A DNA stretch of 64,000 nucleotides from Diadema antillarum (Eukaryota): the NCBI RefSeq assembly GCF_040938485.1, contig NW_027271689.1, positions 1,240,001 to 1,304,000 on the forward strand, read 5' to 3'. The notes under the pieces were generated by a model, which saw only the letters and a program-made list of their open reading frames with translations, made no database searches and was not told the DNA's origin. Below, piece after piece: positions 50,629 to 64,000 of this stretch. Each line of letters starts with the position of its first letter. The first letter of the stretch is position 1. The position numbers were made by a program, and so were the translations under genes.

Positions 50629-53416
50629 ATGAGAACGCTGCAGGGGGTTTCAAACTTGGCACTGCTACAGGTGCATCATGTCACTTTGTACACAGGGAAA
50701 GCTGTTTGCAAGAAATTTAATGGACAATAAAAATATATTTTTCTAACAGGAATTTGAGCAACAAACATCGTATGGCCCATTACCTTGACCTTATGGTGAT
50801 ACCAAGCCTCAAAATCGAGTCAGTGGGCTGCCAAGCATTTATCGGTCTGCCACTGAGGACGTTTTGAGGGTTAAACCATTCATTGGTGGAAATAGAGGAT
50901 TTGCGGTAATAGGGTGGCTGATGAAAAGATGGATATATTGGCATGGTGCAGACTGCTTACCCCAGCCAAGGAGCTTCAAACACAGCACCCTTTCATGTTG
51001 AGGTATAAAATGCTTCTAGGTGGGGCACAAATAAACTATGTATACACGTACACAAGGTGCATGTTCAAATAGATAAACAGAAATCGAATCAGAATATGTC
51101 AGAATCAAAATGAAAGGTAACTTGCAATAGTTCTTAACATGAAAATCTGAATGTAGAAAATCCAATTTCTGGACAGAACGCTGTACACACACATACCACA
51201 CTACAAACAATATGCACAGAATACACAGATACTGTATAATCAAAATGTTTCATTAACAAAGTCAGAAGCAAAGCTCTATTTATAAACAAAAACCATAACA
51301 CACTCGGAAGGTGCATAAAACATCCCTTACATAGCATGAATAAAGCAAGCAAGATGATTTTGCAGACAGAATATAACACACTGAGGATGATCAACTTGCC
51401 ATTATATAACCACCTGCATCCTAAGAAAGGTGTAAGACAAACTCTAAAATATAACAAATAATTATGTACGCTTTCCCACTTATTCTTGTACAAAATATTT
51501 GCCTATTCATTTCTGAAAACAATCAGCAATCTCACATACAAAACTGTACGCTGCATCATAAGTTTTTTGAGACTGCATGCCCTCATACTCATCTCCTCCC
51601 CATCGTTGGCTAGCAATGCAGTCTGGGTTGAAGGTAAACAGACAATATCTAAAATAACGTTTATTCATCAAGGTTTGTGTGATGTAAAATAAAAAACTTA
51701 CATACCACGTAATGTCTATCAATTGCGGGCGACCCTGATTTAGTCAAATATGATAAATATTTCATATTCATAATCATGCAAGTCAACTACTTCTCTGTGA
51801 CCAACTGGAATCATTATCAATATCAGTCTCTGAATGTACAAAAATATCAGCCTAGACTTTCAAGGCACATTAACAGTTACAACCGGAAGCACTTGAAAGG
51901 GATAACAACAGCAAGAAAAAGGTCATTTTAACACATTTCAGTCTCTGTCACTCAAAGCCTCTGTATATAAAACTGATTTTGGATGCAATTTTTGACAGCC
52001 TCTTTTACATACACAAAATGGGGATAAATATGATGCATTGTGCATCGCTCTACACAAATGTTAACAGAGTGTTTTACTAAAAGTTTATATGCGTAGTTTC
52101 TGAATTTGATTCACATGACAGAAATAGATACTGTGCACTATTAAATTTTGTATGTAAACAATAGGCAGTGATTGTACTACATCTTTTGTTCTGAGGTGTT
52201 TCACCTTCATTATACAATTATGGCATTTTATTTGATCCACTAGCATTGAGCTTGTCTTCATTGCTTCTTTAAATAGATACGTGTGTTTTGGCAATTACAA
52301 AACTAAAGGCAAGTATAAAATCTAATCACAACAATATTTGGCTAGCTAGGAAACACATAAAGCTTTAACAAATCTTAATTCATCTATAATTCACAAATGT
52401 ATACTACTGTAATTATATCTATTTTATCGCTGAAGCTTTTCAATTTTTCGCTCCGTATCAATGACTGTAACTTCACATGGCAAGAAAGTCTGACATTCGT
52501 CCCCCTTGTGATGTAATACAGGGAGCTTTCACAGCATATCTCCATCTTATCCGCTTCTCTGATGAGACAACTGTATCATGAGTGGCCACGCATAACATAG
52601 CCACAAAAGATGTTGCCACATGAGAAGTTTGAGTAGCCATCTAATTATACACGAGGAGATTCGCAGCTCTCCAGAAATCATAACACCGAAGCAGAAAACT
52701 TGACCAACTTACATGTAAATAGGTGAAAGAAGGACCAATTTGTAGGAATCATTAAATCTATACTTTTGAGGAAATGGACATTAAGGCTTTATGGAAGCAT
52801 GCTTCATCACACTTTAATGAGTATGCAACGAATGATGACTGCTACAAAAGACCTTCCTATGCATACTAAAAGATGTTCATTTGCATACACATTGTATTCA
52901 TGATTATCTGAAAGTGATATTGCCACTGCAGTCTTGCTATTGAAATATCTCTAGGATTTTTATGATCATTTCACAAGCATTATTGCAGGAGGAGAAGAGG
53001 AAAACCAACTTTACAGGAAAAAATAAATTGGTGAATTGATTAATGAGCAAATGTCCACAAAAATATCTGAGGAAATCTCCATATACTCAAAGCCTACAAA
53101 CTTCAGATACACATGATAGAAAAAGGGATACTCTTTTAAATACATAATAACCAAAACTACCCCCCCCCCCCAAAAAAAAAAAAAATAAATAATAATCAGC
53201 CTCGTCGACTAAAAAAAAATATTTCAGAGCCCACTAGAAGATCAGCCCAGAAGGGTTTTGGTGTATAATGTGATGTACAATCACATCATGGAAGACATCA
53301 TGCATATGGTTTTATAGGTCTCTGCTTTTTACCCCTAACTAAAATTCTATGACACTCAGGCATCGTATGCTCTTCATGCCAGCGGTTAGGATGAGGATGC
53401 CGACCCCAATTCTGAC

Positions 53417-55323
53417 CTACTTCTTGTCCGAGGATGTCGGTGCCTGGTGGTAATCATACTGGTCCTGGGCCTCCCTGATCTTAGAGATGAAGAGCCACGT
53501 CAGGAGACATCCGAGTAACTGACAAAGAAAATCAACAACCCACAAATTGTATAATAAATATGACAATGATTCCACAGTAATCATAAAGGGAATGCCTTCA
53601 AATAATCCTACAATTCGGACTAAATGGTAGAATAGGCAACTGTTGTACTCAATTCTATTGATTTCCTTTCCTTTATTCAGTTAGGCAAGCCAGCTAATGT
53701 GCTTGTATTTCTGAATTTTTCAACACGGACAAAGAAATACCCTATTTACTTCACCTGTTCCTACAGAGTGCCAAAGTGTGCTGCCACAGTCATTCATCAC
53801 CATGGAAACTGGTTCTAAATAGCCTCACCTGGTCGAAATATGTGAACACTATTGTTGCTAACCATGCCTGCACCTGGTTCCACCCCACGTCAAAACAAAA
53901 GACTGTGACATCATCGCTTTGGCACTCCATTGAATGCTGTTGTCATGTGTAAATCTTGAACAAGTTTGTACAGCTGATTATTTGATGTACTAATTGTCCA
54001 TAAGATCTCTTGTGAAATTCTTTTACTTGGGATTGGCCTTCAGTTTGCTCAAATTAGAGACGCTTAAAAAAGTATTTGGGTTTCTGCAAATAACCTGTCC
54101 AAGGAAGTATGCAAACATGAAATGACACATGAACAAATTGGTTTGGGGATTGATTATTTTTCTCTTTTACTATTTTGAATCACAATTTCATGCATTTCTA
54201 GTTTTTAAATAGGATTCTGATGATAGCTTAAAACCTTGTGGAAGGATTTCTTGGTGCTTCCATGATACTGTGGAAACTGATCAAATTAATAATAAACGTT
54301 TCATCCATAGCCAAGACACTGTTCTTTTGGACTGGAATATTCCAATGCTCTTATGATAAAATGTACATGATTTTGAAAACTGAATATCATATATTCCTGA
54401 CTTTGATCCTAAAACGAAGAAAGCAACAATTTATATTTTAAATGATAAATCCTCGTCTGAATCACAACAGAGTGGCATTAGAAACAATAGTGCCAGTGTG
54501 TCCAATTGTGCTATGTTGGCAAAGCAAAATAAAGAATAAACCTCACACATATTCAACAAGAAATCAAAGATCATATAATCAGACAACTAGAAAATCTGTC
54601 ACTACAGACATTGAAATAAATGTAGAAAATACCATTGCACCACAAACTGCCAGTATAGAAAGATTCTTTCAAAGAATCAACCAAAGTTCTGTAAGTTTAA
54701 TAAAGATTACCACTGCATGAATAATCACAAATGGAATGATTCAGCTTGTGCAATCAACTAAAATATTTTCTCTGCATGAATTATATAATCTGTTAAGCAA
54801 ACACCAAGTCAGTATATGCCTTTCACTATCAACTTGTTTCTATAGCTTGTTAATGTTAAATTAACTGCAATGGTGTGAGTTCGTAAAATATATTGATGTA
54901 TTAGGTTGTTAATCATTTGTTTGATGTCAATTAACAAATATGATATTTGAAATGAAACCTGCTAGTATTGAGGGTTAAGCATATTTGAATATATGCACAT
55001 GATGACTAGTTTATATATCATAGTGAAATCCAGTAATTTATAATCCATACAGCAATGAAACCATGAGAGTTATATTACCTTTTAATAAATAGGTGAACAT
55101 TATTCCTTTAGATGAGATGACAGAGTAGTTTTCTAGAAGTATATATATATCCCTAGTTGGCACCTTAGGGAGACATATTGGGGGGAAGTGTCTTCATTAG
55201 GGAGACAACTGGTCATTAAGGAGACAATTTTCGTGTCTCCATTGCGTAAATTGCCATTGAACATGTATTTTAAAATTTGCATATAAAACAAATGGAAATG
55301 TCTTCCAAATGACCCATCTAGGA

Positions 55324-55384
<61 letters not shown>

Positions 55385-55579
55385 TCCCTAGTTGGCACCT
55401 TAGGGAGACATATTGGGGGGAAGTGTCTTCATTAGGGAGACAACTGGTCATTAAGGAGACAATTTTCGTGTCTCCATTGCGTAAATTGCCATTGAACATG
55501 TATTTTAAAATTTGCATATAAAACAAATGGAAATGTCTTCCAAATGACCCATCTAGGAGTATATATATATATATATACA

Positions 55580-55626
<47 letters not shown>

Positions 55627-58600
55627 CCATAACACAATTTACTAATGTTTTCATTGTTGTAAATTGCTGGCACCGAGCCAGTGTCATCTCTTTTCCTCCC
55701 TTCTCAGTAAAAACAATAAAAAACAAAATCAAAATTGATGCAATTCTACTCAAGCTTGTCTTAAATCCTAGAATGTCCCATGGCAACAGGAATGACAAAA
55801 TTCTTAATCGTCCAATTTCTGCAGTATGCATGTTTCTCACATTCCCTTAAAAAAAAATAGAAATACCACAAATGCATATAAAAGTCTATAAACTCAAAAC
55901 TTCATTCCATCTTCCTTTGGTCCAGGGGCATGATGGCCTCCAAGGATCAACCAGAACATTATGGAAGGCATACAGGCACCAAGAAAATGGCACCACCAAA
56001 CATCATCTTGTTCTGATCTCTAAACACAGTATTTACGTACTGTTCATTGTTCACTGGTAGTCTGCATGTGTGGGCCAGTATACAGAGATGCTGTAAAGTT
56101 TGTTCACTCAAGGACTTAACTAAATAAGGCAGATTTTTTTTCTGTTTTTTTTTCTTCTATTTCTTTCTTTTTCTTTCTTTAATGCTCTGAGGACAAGGTT
56201 GTCTGCCTCACGTAAGTAAGGATTGTGCCTTCCATTACAGTTCCACTTCAGAGGGAGCGACACCTACATTGTAATCTGATTAAATCACGTTATGGGGTTT
56301 CCTAAGTCCAGGCTGCACACAGCAGGGAGGCATGTCTAACCCCTTGTCTTCTAGATATTGTTATTCCCCTGCGAACCAAAATATGACACACCCAAGGTCC
56401 CATAAACATTGGGTTAAGATGCCAATAAATATGGTATAGTAGATGACATTTCTTAGGCGCATGCACGAATATTATATATGGCATGACATCTATATGGAGC
56501 TCAGAGTGGGCAAATCAACAGAATATACACGTATACCTAGTCATAGATGTAAAAAATTGTAAGGCAACATCTGAAATCTACACTCCTTGCGGTAACATTT
56601 CTGTAGTGTCACTGATTGTAATACTGCAAGTATTCAGCACAACTGAATGACCTCGACCTTAAACCACCACCATTAATAACAACAACAAAAAACTCCAAAT
56701 GAGTATTATGTCCAAGAGGTGCAATGAAAAACCAAGATAATCATTCAGTTGAGTCCCTCCCAGATATTGAATAAGTGAAATGAGAGAGCAGAGTTACACT
56801 CAGCATTAGTGTTATGGCAAGAAACAAAATTGTAAAGCAAATGAAAGAAGAATAAAAACAAGAAAAAAAAAAAGGATTCATACTTCTTTTGCAAATCCTG
56901 TATGTTGATGATAAAGAAAAATGCCAAGAGGCAACCAAAGAGCTGAAGAAGAGGAAAGAAAACACTGGTCAGACATTCACTGAATTGACACCTTTATGCC
57001 AAACTCTTTGGTTGGCTTCATTCACGCCATGTCTCAACATAATAGTATAGGATGGAGGTATGCCTAAATAACTTTATTACCCTTACAGAGCAAGGTTATC
57101 ATGGATTCCTTCATGGGGGGGGGGGGGGGGGGGGGGGGTGGGGGAGGTGAGAATGCCGCTTTGAAGTCTAAAAGATGATGAATCACCATAAATGATGTGC
57201 ATGCATCATCAAATATGATGAACATCTGATATCTTAATGTCTGATATCTTTTATTCTTTTTACAATTACATTATGGTTGCAAGAGCCCCCAAGTTTTTTT
57301 TTTTTCTTCTTTCATTCTTTTTGCCCCCCCCCCCCTGCAATAAATTGAATATGACATTAATGCAACATACCTGCAGTGTCCCCTGATGTGTCACTAACTA
57401 AATTGAAGCTACAACTTGAGGGGTCTTACAAAGAACTACATGTACAAACTATGCAGCTTTGCCTCAACAGGGATCTGTACACGCAATAAAATCTACCTGT
57501 TCAAGTGGATGGAGAGATGGTTAAAAAATTACAGTCTTTTTGGTACACATTAGCCTTGGTTCAAGGCCTTTTTATAGGGGGCCAAATGTGACCGTGTATC
57601 ACAAAACAAACAAAAAGTTGCACCCCTTAATTTTATGTGAGACTCAAGAAAGGTGAAACAGGTCAACCAAGTCAATTTTTAGTTTGTCATATTTTCTGAA
57701 AGAACTATTCTTCTTCTACATTATCCCTAAGTTTGGGATCATAAATTGAATGGGAAAGTGGGTTTTCAGCAGTTTTTCTACAACCCCCTTTTTTTTGGGG
57801 GGGGGGTAAAGTAGTGTGATCAGGTTTTTCTTAGAGACCCCTTTTAATTTCTTGAAAATCCTTTGCACACTCTTCACTTTCAACTCTAATAACTTTTGAA
57901 AGGATGATGCTACTGCTTTGAAAGTTGACATTTATTATGAACAGAATGTGGTAATACAGCATGCTCAATTTCAGCTTAATCTGATAATCTCCTCACTGTT
58001 GTTGCTACAGTGGCTTACATCAAGATTTTTGTTCCATTCATTGCAAGGGTAGCACTGCTTACTAAAGATTAGGCACTTGAATAGACCATGTACTTCACAG
58101 CCTCTCTTCTCAGTTCAAACTTTTCTAGAGTGTGCACTTTCTTTCCAATATTCATATAGCTTAGGAGAATCCATTTGAATTGAGTTATACATCATTTTAA
58201 AGCATAGAGTCTGCTCTTTCAGAATCTGCCCTGAACTAAAAATCCATGTCAGGCAACTTTTTGTGTGTTTTGTGAAGCAGGGTCACAAATGTACCATTTG
58301 TACCAATCTGCAGTCTTTGCCCCTGAGAAAAATATCTGCCAAATATGTTTGGAGTGCCCGTTGAAGCTCATAAGAATGAAAGGGTTAATTGTTTCCTTGA
58401 GACCCAATGGAACATAGGGTTTGAAAAACTGCCGTGAACAAAAGTTATACAACGCGTATTTCCTCTCTAATATATTTTCCTCCATTTGGCAAATGGAAAA
58501 CTGATTGTAATCGGGCATCTCTACATCAGGGCTAAATATGTCGAAACCGCTGTTGAAACAGGTATTAGACCAAGTTCAGTGTGGATAAGTATTTGCATAG

Positions 58601-61600
58601 GGCACAATCACCTTTTCATGAATATTAACATGGAATATTCACATAAAACATATGTAATTAGTGCATCAGGATATGTTCAAGTCAAAGTACATGTAAGAAT
58701 GTGCATTAAGCCTTGCAGTAGATACATTATTGTATCCTCTTTAATACGAAGTCATGTTGGTTTTTGCAGATTCCTTTGAGTCTTCCCATACTAATCTTGG
58801 ATCTCACTCTGTCCACTCAAACATCAAGACGCAAGTTTTAATTGCTTTAAAGGGGATGGCTAGTAACTGATCAGTGGGAATGCTGGGTATGATTGTTCAA
58901 ATTCTTGTGGGATTCATTTAAGAGTACATTATATATCTATTGTGTGAAAACTATTTGCTTCAGAATGGTATCATATTCAAGTAATGTGCAGTTTAAGGCC
59001 CCGTCACTGTACAGGCATGCTAACCTGGAAACATAAAACTGCACATTACTTGAATATGAGACCATTCTGAAGCAAACAATTCTCACACAACAATAGATAA
59101 ATAATGTACTCTTAAATGAATCCCACAAAAAATTGGAACAATCATTCCCCAGCATTCCCACTGATTCCCACTGATCAGTTATTAGCCATCCCTTTCAAAG
59201 TTCCAGATCATTTTCCAAAAGATTGGACTATTATTACATATCAGAGATAAACATTAACTGCAAAATAACATATCACTCTTTCATACGCAGGATATACAGT
59301 GCATGTTCATCATCTCTTAAAACAGCGCTTTAACACATTAATTTCATGTGTATTACATAATTTGCAGTCATTCACTTGAGGACATTGCATAATGTCAATG
59401 GGATGACAAAAGTTTGTATCTCAAATCTTGGTAAAAATTGCTTTTCTTGACTAATTGTCGTAAGGATCATGCTATTACTTTCTTGTACTTCAATATAATG
59501 TGTTTGTCAATCCATATTTTTGGTGTACATGCATGCACTATGAATTGTTCTTCACACTTTGCATTTCCAATTCGTGAAATTATGCAATCACATCACAATT
59601 TTATGCATCCTTTGTGTTTTTTCATGATTATGTGGAAATGAATGCAATTCAACTGAATAAATAAATGATGCCCTGTCTAAATCCTAGCTGTCTTACAGAC
59701 CCCATTTGTCATAGTGCTTTAGCTGCTTTGTGCTTTTCTCTCTCCTGAACATTAAACATTTGATATACAAGGTTCTGTCAACACAACAGCAATATATTCT
59801 TTGCGTATTTCTAGTAATAAGCAGGGATTGGATAAAAATCCATGCTTTTTGTCACAGAGGGACCCACCTGCGGTAGACACAGGCCCAAAGTAAGCCCAAT
59901 GAAAATGTCGAGATGGTCTTGGAACCAGACCAGCAAGGCATCCGTACAGCCCCGGACAAAGATCTTCTCATCAAGCGCAAACGGTCCAGGGTTACCCTCC
60001 CGGATGCCTGCTCCGCACTGTGTGTTCACGACCATATCAGTCTGACAGAGAAATGAACATGTAATTCAATTATTGTTTGCATCAATCAACATAACTAACT
60101 AACTGACAAAAGTATTTATCTGCTTCCATAGCTAGTTTGCATCACATATCAGAATAAAAAATCTTGTCCCTATAGATCACTGCAATAGCTATAGCATTCA
60201 GCTTTTATAGTATACTTTGCCTCATCTTCAAACAAATGCACAGAAGTACTTGACAGGACACAGCCACTTCTCACCTGCTGAAACTACAGGGTAAGAGTTT
60301 GCCACAAAGCCCATACTGTTTGATATGAGCAAACTGTTCAGATTCCTAATATGGATTTAAAATGAAGCTACCATGTACCTCATGTATATTGATTCTGTTT
60401 GTAAACTTCTGATGGTCATAATATGCACTGATACATGTAACTAAAGGATGACACACTGAATGAGATTCTGGAAGTGGGATAAATTTTTTACTCAGTGAAT
60501 GATGGTGATACGATTTGAAGGCCAGACATTATGGAGTCTGATTAAAATATTGCTCAGGATCAATAAATCACCTTGCAGCCAATTCAACGCCATCCAGTAT
60601 CACAACATAAGCAAGGAAATATATGAGTCATGTAGTGATTTAAAGCACTGTTTGAGATATGATAAGCGGTAGAGAGACTGTGCGATATCATGTTGCCATA
60701 GTTCCCTGAAACCTATCTTCATGCGGGTATTAAAGCAAATAAAAAATGTGAAACATACACATCATGTGACTAACAACCCATTCCTTTCCAGAACCATGCA
60801 TACCAGGTTCCAGTATTGTCAACTCATAGACAAGCACCAGGTATACTGTCCCCAAACTGTACACAAGAGGGTGTGTAGTGTTACACTGTAGCCTCAATTC
60901 ATGTTTATTGTATTATGCTGAGTAGGAAAAGAACCTTTATCAAAAGATATAGAGTTTTTGCCATCAATATCTGTTCATTTTCTGTCTTAGAATTTGCAGG
61001 TATTTTGTATAGTTTACCTTTTTCCATGCCTGATGTAGTAGTGTGCTTGCTTTGCTGCAAAACTCATATGAAGGTGTATGCAGGAATCAAGGCTGAGCTA
61101 ACAAGATCTTGACATCACTGACCCCATTATATTTGGGTGCAATTATCGTGTATAACAAAAGATTTTGTAATCTCAGTGCATGATCTATTCTTATAAAATG
61201 GGTTCAAGAATGTAGCCAATAGGAAGCACTGAAATGAGACACACCTCCTTTCTTTACTTCAGTACAACTGCACTGCCTGTAATCCTATGGTAGATTGCCG
61301 ATCGTCTGTGCGCGCGGCGGCTCCTTTGATGAATTGCATGCATACGCGTACGCGCTGTCAATCCTGTAAACAACTTCTAGTTCGGGCTGCCGGCCGGCCG
61401 GCCTGTCTTCCCTTGTGCATAACATATGTGGCGTACGTACGTATACTGTATACTATACGTACACTTTGTACAGTACAGTAGACCAAGCGTTATGGGACCG
61501 GACGCGTACATGGAGTCACTTTGAAGAGCAAATCCAACGATTTAGCAGGTTAATTCTCACGCCGTTTTCAGAGTATGTTGTCTAGTAGGCCTATATGAGG

Positions 61601-63004
61601 AGTCTATATCAAGTCTTTAAGGTAAAGGGTGCATATTCTATGTAAAATAAGTAAGTTTTCATGCGGGTGTCCGGAAACCCAACCCCCCATTATACTTATA
61701 CTGTATGTGCGGGACTTCCGCGAGTGCGACGTGCGTAAAAGTTTGGGACGAACATCTTCGGACGTCTTGACCCACAAAGGTACGTGAAAAACGCTGAAAA
61801 ATGATGTTAGTTTTCGAATTTTCGACCCATTTTATAAAACAAATGATGCACAGGATTATTTCGTGGCGTTAGTGTAGGCGTAGCTCACTCTCGGGTATTT
61901 ACAATGTAGTGCAACATGCACTCGGCTTCGCCTCGTGCATGTTTCACAATTGTAAATACCCTCGAGTGCACTACGCCTACACTAACGCACTCTATCCTGT
62001 GCATCATTTGTATAATATCTCACATCTGATCAATATCTTGCAATGTTTAATGGCATGTGCAGTTCACTATGGAAAGGGAATACATGCACTGTTTTCTCAC
62101 AGGTGGATTACCAACCTGTCCATTCAACCTGTTAATTATAATGGGCAAAAAGATTGTAGTTTGGGGGCATTGAAGGTTCTCAGAGAATTGCAAACAAAAA
62201 AGGATTAAGTACAAGACACAATAATTTATCAAAATTAATGCTTTATTTCAGCCAGATTTTTTCCAGACAATTGATTTCCCTTCTTCTGCCAATCACAGAA
62301 ATTCAAATTTGTCCCAAGAAGGATGAGTCAGTCAGTATAAATCAATCTCACAATCGCTATCAGCAGCAACTTAGTTTTTTCCTGCAGTGTGCTGCATTAC
62401 AATCTGAACAATCAATGACATATCACCGAAATTCTAGTAAAAAATAGCAACTCCTGCAAAAGCATGAAAACTTGGCAGGACAACTGCAGTAAACCCTGCG
62501 TTCACATTAGGCTCAATATTGCAGGACCTTCCCCTCCAAAACCATAGTGTGGACTCTCACCACGACTTATACCCTGTCCCTGTGAGTCAAGTTGGGTCTG
62601 GGGACAAAATTTGGAGGGGAGAGTGACCTTGGGACGTAATCAGTAATGCCCAACTGTATTCACCAAATGCACACATGTGCGACATCTGGTGTCAAGAGGT
62701 AGGGCTTGCCCCAAGCCCCGATTGCCCCCGCAGCTCGGGGACTGTCACGATACATCTGTACCATCGTGGATGGTGAGTCGTCAAAAAAAAAGATCACATC
62801 ATTCTTTCATGACTGTCTCTGCAATGCGTGGTCTAGAGTGAACGCAGGGTGTCTTGAAACCAGGTGAAAAGGCAGCTTCTTCTGTGCCGTTACCTTGCTT
62901 GATATACAGCAGGAGTAGGGCACACCACAGCTCCCCTTGTCGTTGCAGGCAAAGTAGAGGTTCTGCTCCCAGTCCTTGTAATCAAAACCTCCACAGCATT
63001 CAAG
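53417..63004 (-). CDS. Tetraspanin, TspanC8 subgroup (TSPAN5/14/15/17/33-like); last three coding exons, 5' exons beyond the window
   Basis: Exons 63004-62894 (LECCGGFDYKDWEQNLYFACNDKGSCGVPYSCCISSK), 60041-59868 (TDMVVNTQCG..KIFVRGCTDALLVWFQDHLDIFIGLTLGLCLPQ) and 53518-53417 (LLGCLLTWLFISKIREAQ..KK-TAG), all phase 0. The large extracellular loop has the CCG motif and 8 Cys. Confidence 0.92.
55151..55559. repeat. Two identical 174-bp units embedded in (TA)n tracts
   Basis: 55151-55324 equals 55386-55559; (TA)n lies before, between and after (to 55624). Confidence 0.9.
57587..58287. mobile_element. Non-autonomous DNA transposon (TGTGACC termini), copy 2, in a tetraspanin intron
   Basis: TIR TGTGACCGTGTATCACAAAACAAACAAAAAGTTGC / GCAACTTTTTGTGTGTTTTGTGAAGCAGGGTCACA. 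The reverse complement of 58070-58287 aligns by eye to 38260-38480. Confidence 0.7.
58851..59193. mobile_element. Foldback MITE, Kolobok-like (TTAA/TTCA flanks)
   Basis: AGGGGATGGCTAGTAACTGATCAGTGGGAAT...ATTCCCACTGATCAGTTATTAGCCATCCCT; arms of about 150 bp pair around a central spacer of about 45 bp. Confidence 0.75.
61866..61988. repeat. Long imperfect inverted repeat (hairpin) with CTCGGCTTCGCCTCG centre
   Basis: TTAGTGTAGGCGTAG..CTCGGGTATTTACAAT..GCATG / CATG..ATTGTAAATACCCTCGAG..CTACGCCTACACTAA; probably part of a transposon. Confidence 0.55.
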
Positions 63005-63217
63005 CTGTATTCATTAGAATACAAAGTAAACTTCAGTGAAATGAACAGAACAGGAGAGAAAACAACATAGTATACCGGACAAAAATAATGTCATACAAGC
63101 AACAAATTGGTTCCTTCGTTAATTTTGTATAGCACAAAGAAATTGTCAGAACTGTTTGCTGACTACTGCTTATCACCTGTTTGAACCTCAAAGGGTCAGT
63201 TCTCACTTATCCATATA

Positions 63218-63733
63218 CAGTGCACTCCTATTACAACGAACACGGTTATAACGAAATTTCGTTACAACGAAGTAAAACTTCTGGTCCAAAACTTAACACC
63301 ATTAAAGTCTATGGTACAAAATTCGCTTATAACGAACACGGTTATAGCAAAATTTTCGTTATAACGAAGTCTTTTACGAGTGCCACTGACAAAGAGAAAC
63401 AAAAGAAATGTGCTCCGTTATAACGAAATGCGAATTGCTTTCGAAAAAACGTAGCGGTAAAAGCATTTATAGCGTCTCTACACGGGCGAATGCTTCACAT
63501 CACTGTGTGTTCGCTTCTTGTGTCACGTACATTTTTTGAGGGGAACTTCCGTTTTGTAATACAATACCAGGTAATCCCATCCCATTTCACATAGCTTTCC
63601 AACGTCCAGAGCAAACAGAATATGATATATATGCGTGGTTTCCTTGTTTTCGTTATATATATATTGTATTAGTTCGGTTATAACGAAAGAAAACTGCAGG
63701 TCTCGAGCATTTCGTTATAACGGCAGTGCACTG
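63218..63733. mobile_element. pogo/Tigger-like MITE, longer copy 3
   Basis: TA|CAGTGCACTCCTATTACAACG...CGTTATAACGGCAGTGCACTG|TA with many GTTATAACGAA repeats. Confidence 0.75.
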
Positions 63734-64000
63734 TACCAGAACAGACAGCATGATAATAAACAACATTACTCAGCTGGAGACATCATGCGCCAAAACCTGC
63801 GTCTCCTAATTGGAAAGCAGACTTGTATCTGACTGAGCCAACTCGACATTTTGGCTAACTGGGCGAATTTTTGGCAAATAATACAAATCACAAGATTTTT
63901 TTTTAAACATCTTTTATAGTGCCTGTGTCAAAGTGCCAACAGCTTATCCTCTTCTTCATTCCTTACATAATGTTCAACTGGTGAGAGACTAGACTTAACC

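Noticed and set aside
174-63004. Idea that the seven genes form a functional glycan/secretory cluster
   Set aside because: The shared secretory-pathway theme is too generic, and nothing in the sequence supports co-regulation beyond the two head-to-head pairs.

Overview
AT-rich metazoan genomic DNA, not prokaryotic: GT-AG spliceosomal introns, microsatellites and many MITEs. An echinoderm or other invertebrate deuterostome is my inference only. Seven intron-containing genes were reconstructed by hand, and the splice phases close for each. (1) 3' end of lysosomal alpha-mannosidase (MAN2B1-like, +). (2) A 150-aa secreted TIL plus VWC-like cysteine-rich protein (-). (3) A synaptotagmin-like TM-C2A-C2B protein (+). 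(4) A 246-aa secreted C-type-lectin plus PAN/apple protein (-). (5) A membrane-anchored DegT/DnrJ/EryC1/StrS-type aminotransferase homologue (+). (6) An LRRC75-like protein (+). (7) 3' exons of a TspanC8 tetraspanin (-). There is one assembly gap (7987-8142). Two items stand out. First, a ~2.6-kb 39-bp minisatellite in the last synaptotagmin intron is built from that gene's own exon/intron junction. It keeps extra copies of the 5' splice site and could supply in-frame cassette exons of 45+39n nt into the C2B loop. Second, the DegT-family protein has His where the PLP Schiff-base Lys belongs and carries an N-terminal anchor, so it looks like a pseudoenzyme. No CRISPR array, rRNA or intact tRNA was found. 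All family assignments come from motif recognition, not database searches.
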